Shown: positions 57,513 to 64,000 of the stretch, piece after piece | Layout of the letters: each line of letters starts with the position of its first letter | Numbering within the stretch: the stretch's first letter is position 1 | From: an uncultured virus (IMG/VR IMGVR_UViG_3300027963_000042) | Lineage: Duplodnaviria; Heunggongvirae; Uroviricota; Caudoviricetes | Length of the DNA: 64,000 nucleotides | Direction: 5' to 3' (one strand) | Virus record (IMG/VR): IMGVR_UViG_3300027963_000042 | Location: 1-64,000 of that record | Notes under the pieces: model-generated | Databases searched by the model: none | What the model was told of the DNA's origin: nothing | Seen by the model: only the letters and a program-made list of their open reading frames with translations | Made by a program: the position numbers and the translations under genes

Positions 57513-58167
57513 TTTCGATGGTATATTTTAAAAATTTAGCAACCCACACAGAATCAACGATATCTTCTATGGGTTTTTTTACAACACCGCTTTTAGTTTT
57601 TATCAAATTAATGTTATTTTCCAATATTTTAATAAAATTGTAAGACTCTGAATTATTAGAGATTATACTATTTAGCATATCTACTTTTTTAAATGATCCA
57701 CTTCCTGCAAATTTCTTTATTGTTGTTGGGGGAAAAACAAAAAATCTGTTTGAATCGCCGTCCAGAATATCAAGTATTTTTGATCTTAATATACCGGTTG
57801 ACATTGATATATCAATTAAACTATTACCGCTTGACCCAAAAGATATTCCCTCCATAGCTATATAAACATCTGGATTATTGGAATATTTACTAATTTGTGA
57901 CACTATTATATCAGTAAGATAAGCGAAAGATTTAATCTTTAATCTTTCTGATACATGATAAATAACAGAATTATTTTTTTCCTTCTTAATTAATATAAGA
58001 TTCGTTTCTAAGCTTTCCGATAATAATTTGAATTGGTCATTTCTAGAAAGCATTTTATTTATGTCATTATCAGTTTTAAATACCGATATAACATTAAGTA
58101 AATCCCCATCAATGATGCTTATTCCGGTTGAGTTTAAACTATAATCTATTCCTATATATAGATTCAT
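57499..58167 (-). CDS. RuvC-like Holliday junction resolvase
   Basis: IGIDYSLNSTG, MEGISFG, PTTIKKFAG, EDIVDS. Confidence 0.8.
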   Translation of the reverse strand: MNLYIGIDYSLNSTGISIIDGDLLNVISVFKTDNDINKMLSRNDQFKLLSESLETNLILIKKEKNNSVIYHVSERLKIKSFAYLTDIIVSQISKYSNNPDVYIAMEGISFGSSGNSLIDISMSTGILRSKILDILDGDSNRFFVFPPTTIKKFAGSGSFKKVDMLNSIISNNSESYNFIKILENNINLIKTKSGVVKKPIEDIVDSVWVAKFLKYTIENEKL

Positions 58168-58183
58168 ATAAAAAATTTATGAA

Positions 58184-58417
58184 TTAAGAAGGGTGAATAA
58201 TCTGGCCCACCGATCCGGTATATCCATAAACTTTAGCAAGCTTTTCGAAACAAGATTTCATTTGTGCATCTGTTAAACAACTTACCAAGTCATTTAATAC
58301 TCTTTGGTCGTTACCTGCAGCAGATACCAAAAGGTTTTTCATTTGGTCCTTTTCATCACCTAGTGGCTGACCATACTTCATTTCGTTTAATTCTTTTACG
58401 TCTGAAAACTTTTTCAT
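58184..58417 (-). CDS. Hypothetical (putative virion) protein
   Basis: MKKFSDVKELNE N-terminus, GATATATA upstream. Confidence 0.65.
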   Translation of the reverse strand: MKKFSDVKELNEMKYGQPLGDEKDQMKNLLVSAAGNDQRVLNDLVSCLTDAQMKSCFEKLAKVYGYTGSVGQIIHPS

Positions 58418-58444
58418 CTTTATTGTTTAATTTAATTATATATC

Positions 58445-58996
58445 TTACTTGGCTTCAAGAACTATATCTAAATAGTTACATTTAAAACCTAGATTAAATG
58501 TTGTATATGCAGGGTTATTGTTTGTGTAGTTTAACTCTAATTCAGAGAAAGAAGTAAATAAGACCTCCTGAAATGTCACTGACATAACTATGTTACCCTC
58601 GTTGTCCATTATTCTTAGTGGAAGTGACTGGATAAAAACCTGATTACTAGCAAAATTAAGAAAATCTAAAACTGTATCGAGCATTATAAAATAGTTTATA
58701 AATCCATCAGCCATTTTAAAGATCATAGTAAATTCCTTAGAGAAAAGATCCTGCGTAGGCGTAGCACTCTTGTAAGCTATTTTTTTACCCAAGTTTCTAA
58801 CCTGCTCTACTGAATCTATCGATAATCCAGGAAATCCCACCGATTGTATTGTGCTATTTACATATTGAGCAACATCATCAAATGGAATAGGTTGTTTCTT
58901 GATATAGTCTTCATACTTCTTAGTCACCCTTTCCGAAAAGAATCCCCTAGGAAAGTTGAAGTAAAAGCTATTTGATTTTGGATTAAGTAGCATCAA
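58445..58996 (-). CDS. Putative tail tube-fold structural protein
   Basis: IQSVGFPGLS, ELNY..TFNLGF pattern recalling T4 gp19/gp3 folds; structural context. Confidence 0.5.
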   Translation of the reverse strand: MMLLNPKSNSFYFNFPRGFFSERVTKKYEDYIKKQPIPFDDVAQYVNSTIQSVGFPGLSIDSVEQVRNLGKKIAYKSATPTQDLFSKEFTMIFKMADGFINYFIMLDTVLDFLNFASNQVFIQSLPLRIMDNEGNIVMSVTFQEVLFTSFSELELNYTNNNPAYTTFNLGFKCNYLDIVLEAK

Positions 58997-61215
58997 TTCC
59001 TTCTTATATTATGTAATGTTGCTGGTAAAAGAATTCCATCTGCAGCTGTTTTAAACTCAAGCTTGGTTAATCCAGGATATTGGAGGTACCCAGGTTTACC
59101 CACACTTAGGAAGTAATCAACTATTGTTTGATCCGCCCATCCGCTATCATGAAATCCTAATATATGTGCAGATAAAGCGCTTATTAGAGCATCACCTTGC
59201 AATGCTGCGTTTATAGGATTTGTGCTGGGTACTGTATTTACTACCGGTGTACCGGCAGTACCACCGGATGCTGGGGTAACCCCTTTAACTACACCTCTGG
59301 GTGCTGCTTCTGTCCTTTGGGGTGCTGGTACCCTGCTCGGTTTAACAGATTGAGCTCCAGTTGCTCCAGTTGCATCGGTAGGTAATGTTACAACCTCGAA
59401 TTCTTTTTTCCAATATCCCCAGAATAAAACTGATGAGGATTCATTAGACACTGGGTTTTGTGATGTTAATGTTACCGGGGCTAATGTCAAACTTTTTTTT
59501 GGCTGAACCCCTGCATTAGACTGAGCAGTTACATTGCCGTTTATTATAAAGAATCTTCTATCAGTAAACTTAAGTATTTTAGTTGACTGTGTCTCATCCA
59601 TCTTGAAAGCAAGCTCACCTAAAGCAGGTTTTGCTATATCATTATCAAGTAATGTAGGCACATAATTTTTATTTCCCGAATTGTCCAGAAAAGCAATCTT
59701 ATAAAGACCACTATTACTTAAATCTATTTCAACTGGTATACCATTAGGACCTGCTTTAACAAACTTAAATTTATAATAGTTATCAAAAGGGGAAATAGAT
59801 ATAGTAAGTTTACCTGAGCCTAAAGCGGTAACATTTGAAGTTCCGTTATTTTGGGTTAGATTTCCGTTGGTAAAAGTTAGATTTGCTGAAGTAGCGGTTA
59901 CGTAGTTTTGTTGTATAAAAACATTGGTGTATCTAATAATTTCAATAGGAGGTGGTGACTCAGTGTTACTTGAACCTACACTAATAGAAGAGGTGGAATA
60001 AACTCTGTTGTATATTTTCTGAACCTGAGGCAGATTTTGAAGCTTTATTGGTGTTATGGTTGTTCCCCACTGTGCAGGATTATTAGAAGCATAGGATGAT
60101 ATTCTAATGACTCTACTTTGATCGACACTGTTTATTAATGACATTGTATATCTCAAAAAGAATGATGATGAATACGCTGCATTTCTTACGATAGGTCTGT
60201 AGTAATTAGGCGAATCATAAGCAGTTGTTTGTGTTGACTCAAACCTAGATGTCTCGATTATAGCAGCTCCTATTTGTTCAAGAACTTCTATCTGATGGCT
60301 TATGTAATAGCTATTACCTATCGAGTTTTGAAAAAGAATAAAATCCTCCACAAATCCTTCATTATCTGTTGCATAATATTCAAAGAATTGACCTTTTGCT
60401 GATTCTTTTATAGTTGCCCCTATATTAGAGAAAGGATCTTCCTGCTCTAAAGAAAGAAGAGCAATTCTTGCAGAATCATATCTCGAATACCCCTCAAAGT
60501 CAGTAGTACTTTGTACCTGCCACGCAGAGATTCTGATAGGTGCATCCGAAACGAAACCATCTCCGCTCTGGCTTATTAGTGAAGCTAAAGTTTGAGGTCT
60601 GAAGTAATCCGAAGCAGCAAGATACTTATAGTTCATATCTTTGAGATTCGGTATCTTAATCTCAAAGTATTTATCATAAATATTCGAGCCTATGACTACA
60701 GGGTTAGGATTAAGCTCGTAATCTTGTTCAGTTCCTTTCTTAAGTAGTATTTGAGAAGCAGTTACGTAATTTAAGTTCTGATCTTGAAATTCTATTTTAA
60801 GTATTAAACCATCTATATTAGAAAGGTTATATCCAGCTCTAATATGATATTTAATAGTGTCATAAATCACTAATAGGTTAGACGGGAATACTATCGGGAG
60901 ATCTGCAGTATTAGTTAACTTATCCGAATAATCGTTGAATGGAATTATTAGATTTGAATCTAAAGTAATAAAAGAGTTAGTACTAATTTGTACAACACTA
61001 TTGCTTGCACTGTTGTGCGTTAAGTCATAGTCACCATTTGGGTTGAATATCTGTACAGCATTATCCTGATAACCGTTGATAAGTTTATCGTATCCTATTG
61101 TTGATGGTCCGCTGTTAACAAAGTGATCCTCTGGCTGCGGTTGATCAGCATACATGTACTCCATTAGGAGATACGGGGTAAGCTGAACGTATTTTGATGT
61201 TGTGCTGTAAGCCAT
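58993..61215 (-). CDS. Putative virion structural protein
   Basis: 740 aa, beta-rich, low-complexity linker, structural region. Confidence 0.6.
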   Translation of the reverse strand: MAYSTTSKYVQLTPYLLMEYMYADQPQPEDHFVNSGPSTIGYDKLINGYQDNAVQIFNPNGDYDLTHNSASNSVVQISTNSFITLDSNLIIPFNDYSDKLTNTADLPIVFPSNLLVIYDTIKYHIRAGYNLSNIDGLILKIEFQDQNLNYVTASQILLKKGTEQDYELNPNPVVIGSNIYDKYFEIKIPNLKDMNYKYLAASDYFRPQTLASLISQSGDGFVSDAPIRISAWQVQSTTDFEGYSRYDSARIALLSLEQEDPFSNIGATIKESAKGQFFEYYATDNEGFVEDFILFQNSIGNSYYISHQIEVLEQIGAAIIETSRFESTQTTAYDSPNYYRPIVRNAAYSSSFFLRYTMSLINSVDQSRVIRISSYASNNPAQWGTTITPIKLQNLPQVQKIYNRVYSTSSISVGSSNTESPPPIEIIRYTNVFIQQNYVTATSANLTFTNGNLTQNNGTSNVTALGSGKLTISISPFDNYYKFKFVKAGPNGIPVEIDLSNSGLYKIAFLDNSGNKNYVPTLLDNDIAKPALGELAFKMDETQSTKILKFTDRRFFIINGNVTAQSNAGVQPKKSLTLAPVTLTSQNPVSNESSSVLFWGYWKKEFEVVTLPTDATGATGAQSVKPSRVPAPQRTEAAPRGVVKGVTPASGGTAGTPVVNTVPSTNPINAALQGDALISALSAHILGFHDSGWADQTIVDYFLSVGKPGYLQYPGLTKLEFKTAADGILLPATLHNIRRN

Positions 61216-61226
61216 TTAATTTTAAA

Positions 61227-62072
61227 TTATTTTCCGAATTGTAAAAATCTTGGTGAATAGTGAACCCCAAATCCGATATAAAATCCAGGAGAAAGTCCAA
61301 CAGATGATCCAGAAATACCGTATCCAAGCTGAACCCCAAGTCCAAATTCTTTTCTAGCTGCTTTTAAAGCCTTTCTAGTATCTGCATTATCTGTAATGTC
61401 GAAAGAGTTAATGTCATTAAAAGTTAAACCTGGATAGGTTGTGGTTACCCTTGTCATCATTCTTTTAGTTTTTGGATCTCTGTATATTCCTGTTGTGATA
61501 TCTATATTTTGTTCTAGATTCAAAGAAGTAAGACCAGGTAAAATTGTAGCTATGTATTTGGTTGAATCTAAAGGATCCACATTAAGACCTATTGTATATG
61601 GGGTTTTTCCTGATATCATCAATCTATTTTTTCCTGTCATAATTGGATTATGAAGGAAATTAATTGATTCTTCTCCATTAGGATCCTTAACAATTGTTGA
61701 TACTATCTTAACACTATCCCTAATCCCGGTAACGATATTTATTACTGAGTTTGGTGTGTTACCTCTTCCGCTAGATTTTAAACCTAACTGATATATCAGC
61801 TCTTGCTGACTTTTAGAAAGCTCTGAAGATTTTAGCTCGTAAGCTGATTTTTCCTGAATTAAATGTCCATTCTCGCTTTTAATAGTTCTTACACTATCTA
61901 AAGATGCGAGATAGTTATTGTGATCTCTCTTAGCTTCTGCCTCTATGTGAGATATTTGCCCGCATTGTTTTAAAAACAGCAAGATCATAATAATGATAAC
62001 AGCAAGCATCGTAAATCTGCTGCTTAATACCGAAGATACTTCGGATAGTGTATCCTTATTTAATAATTTCAT
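61227..62072 (-). CDS. Membrane-anchored coiled-coil protein, possible spanin-like
   Basis: N-terminal TM, coiled coil, Gly/aromatic C-terminal beta hairpin. Confidence 0.5.
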   Translation of the reverse strand: MKLLNKDTLSEVSSVLSSRFTMLAVIIIMILLFLKQCGQISHIEAEAKRDHNNYLASLDSVRTIKSENGHLIQEKSAYELKSSELSKSQQELIYQLGLKSSGRGNTPNSVINIVTGIRDSVKIVSTIVKDPNGEESINFLHNPIMTGKNRLMISGKTPYTIGLNVDPLDSTKYIATILPGLTSLNLEQNIDITTGIYRDPKTKRMMTRVTTTYPGLTFNDINSFDITDNADTRKALKAARKEFGLGVQLGYGISGSSVGLSPGFYIGFGVHYSPRFLQFGK

Positions 62073-62319
62073 ATATAACTTCTTTTTTCCATTTTAGACC
62101 CATAGGATCCAGTTGTCCTTCCCCATATTTTTCTGCTAACGAATCAGAAAAGTACTTCTCTCTTTCCCTGCATTCTTCAAGTTCTTGAATTAATTCAGAA
62201 GATCTGATCTCCATCTTCTTGATTGTTTCCTCTACTGTCATTATTTCCCCATGAATTCTGATAAACTCTTGGGAAATACTTAAAACATCTTCTTTTTCTT
62301 TTTTAGTTAGTTCTGTCAT
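62056..62319 (-). CDS. Small coiled-coil hypothetical protein
   Basis: 87 aa with EKYGEGQLD motif. Confidence 0.65.
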   Translation of the reverse strand: MTELTKKEKEDVLSISQEFIRIHGEIMTVEETIKKMEIRSSELIQELEECREREKYFSDSLAEKYGEGQLDPMGLKWKKEVIYEIIK

Positions 62320-62348
62320 TTTATTTTATTTTTTTAGCCCAATCCTGA

Positions 62349-64000
62349 TCATTTCCCTGTTTTTGATACAGTAGCAGTAGCAGCAGCACCAGAGGCAACA
62401 TAAGTAGTAACTATACTTCCTACACTAGCATAATTAGTCAATGATATGTATCCGCTAATTCCATCACACGTTTTCCAAAATACCCTAGGATTTGCGTTAG
62501 TTGTACTAGCTATGCCCAAAAAAGTTAAATCGACATATAAACACTCGGTAGGGTAAGCGTTCAAAGAAGGTTGGTATCTAAATCTCATGTAATACGGGAT
62601 TGATGATATAGTGGATCCCCCGCCCTTAGCTGAATTGAAACTAAAGTAATTATATACTAATCCAGCTATTTTATATGATTGAGAATTACTAATATCATTC
62701 AAGAATATTCTATATGTGTTGGTATATCCAGTATTATAAAGTCCATCCACATTTTGATCATATGAAGTAGGAATTCTAAGGAAAACCTCATTGGCAGCTG
62801 GTAAGTTATATGAAGTAGGCGTAATTAACATCATATTGCTGTCCCAAAGAGAAACAGGAGTTAAATCCATTACGTTATAAACAGTTGCCGAAGTTGTCGT
62901 GGTTGCTGCCAAATATCTTGCGCTCAGCGTAATAGTCGAAGATCTAACCTCCCTTACTCTCTTAACTGGATAAAGATAAGGACCTCCTGTAGCTCCAGCA
63001 GCCTGTCCCCCTGTAGATCCGAACGTGGTCTGTATATGTTTTCCAGAAGAAACCGACCCTCTAGCTTTAGCAGAGAATATTGGTGCGTTTTTAAGATCAA
63101 AAAATTCAAAAGCAGAATCCTGAGTGCTAGAAGCTAGAATTGATATCCCTGCTGTTGATGTAGATACCCCCGAAGGGTTATTCTTAGTAGCATCAAAAAC
63201 TGTTTGCCCGAGATAAGAGTAAGTATTAGACTGTACTTTTATAGGTATTCTTGAGGATAAAGTTGTAGAAGAAAGGGTTAGGTTAGAAGAAGCTATCGAA
63301 AGATTTCCTCCAACCCCGATAGTTGTATTTGAGTATAAATAAAAATTACCTGTTCCCCCTATATTAATATTCTGAACGGAGCTTATCTCTGCGTTATCCC
63401 CATATAATATAGATCTTGCGGTATATGAGTCTATAGTAATCCCATCTCTAGAAGATATCTCAAGATTGCCCGTAGAATAATATCTCAATGAAGCTGAATT
63501 ACCCCCTGTTCTCCAATAGAAACCAGGTACTCCCGTTGAGGTTGCTCCTGTTTTAGAGAAAGTTAATATAGGCCTGGTTATCTGATCTTCAGTAGAAATT
63601 AATAACTTGCTTCTATTTGGATTTATTCCTGTGATTGTGGTATAATCATCTCCTATAACTAAAGACGTGTTAAACGCACTTAAATTAGAATTTATGCCTA
63701 CCACATACTTGTCTGTTACCCCAGCAGGTCCTACTATACCTCCATATATGGAAAAGTACGTAGAAGTAAATAACGAATATCCTGTATATGACCAGGAACC
63801 TCCAGTACCTAAGGTGCTTATCTGATAGTCACTAGTATTAGAATCTATCCACATATCGAAAGCATTACCTGAGGTTGGCTGGTCATCCATCTTAGACCAA
63901 AGGGTACCTCTTAAACCAGTAGCTCCAGTAGCTCCTTTTTTTCCTGAAGGCCCAGCATATCCTGCTGGACCCTTAAGTCCTTGCTTCCCGTTAGGTCCAA
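62349..64000 (-). CDS. Tail fibre/structural protein with collagen-like segment, 5' end outside the window
   Basis: Frame stays open beyond 63890 with GPNGKQGLKGPAGYAGPSGKKGATGATG; Ser/Thr/Gly-rich. Confidence 0.7.
   Translation of the reverse strand, partial: GPNGKQGLKGPAGYAGPSGKKGATGATGLRGTLWSKMDDQPTSGNAFDMWIDSNTSDYQISTLGTGGSWSYTGYSLFTSTYFSIYGGIVGPAGVTDKYVVGINSNLSAFNTSLVIGDDYTTITGINPNRSKLLISTEDQITRPILTFSKTGATSTGVPGFYWRTGGNSASLRYYSTGNLEISSRDGITIDSYTARSILYGDNAEISSVQNINIGGTGNFYLYSNTTIGVGGNLSIASSNLTLSSTTLSSRIPIKVQSNTYSYLGQTVFDATKNNPSGVSTSTAGISILASSTQDSAFEFFDLKNAPIFSAKARGSVSSGKHIQTTFGSTGGQAAGATGGPYLYPVKRVREVRSSTITLSARYLAATTTTSATVYNVMDLTPVSLWDSNMMLITPTSYNLPAANEVFLRIPTSYDQNVDGLYNTGYTNTYRIFLNDISNSQSYKIAGLVYNYFSFNSAKGGGSTISSIPYYMRFRYQPSLNAYPTECLYVDLTFLGIASTTNANPRVFWKTCDGISGYISLTNYASVGSIVTTYVASGAAATATVSKTGK

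Noticed and set aside
495..61653. Numerous short plus-strand ORFs in the track (e.g. 495-854, 29451-29861, 49425-49883)
   Set aside because: They are antisense to well-supported genes and have no recognisable motifs.

Overview
This window is an AT-rich, densely coding segment of a large T4-like (jumbo) myophage. Almost all genes are on the minus strand. The host is probably Bacteroidota, judged from TAnnTTTG-type promoters, the tmRNA style and Hc1/DUF4494-like genes. It carries replication and recombination genes (a family-B DNA polymerase in three pieces, clamp, primase, gp32-like SSB, UvsW/UvsY, RuvC-like resolvase, two topoisomerase II subunits) and nucleotide-metabolism genes (NrdA/B, adenylate kinase, dCTPase/dUTPase, a thymidylate-synthase-fold enzyme with a dCMP-type Asp). 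It also encodes DNA repair enzymes (UvdE, Fpg/Nei, MBD4-like, RNase HII), DnaK/DnaJ, several glycosyltransferases, a tmRNA, homing endonucleases and the start of a structural/tail region. The most notable signals are: (1) an unknown zinc-ribbon gene whose 5' and 3' UTRs form a 22-bp long-range stem, with a structured three-way-junction leader; (2) an RNase HII gene broken by a 7-nt GGC-TGA-A-GGA gap in its catalytic motif, a possible ribosomal hop; (3) a fractured polB with a split intein around a free-standing endonuclease; (4) two GC-rich paralogous LRR-like genes with hypervariable 66-bp units; (5) a tmRNA with a 25-residue tag; (6) three recurrent promoter motifs and a shared N-terminal capsid-targeting-like peptide. 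All functional calls rest on motif recognition by eye; no database searches were run.
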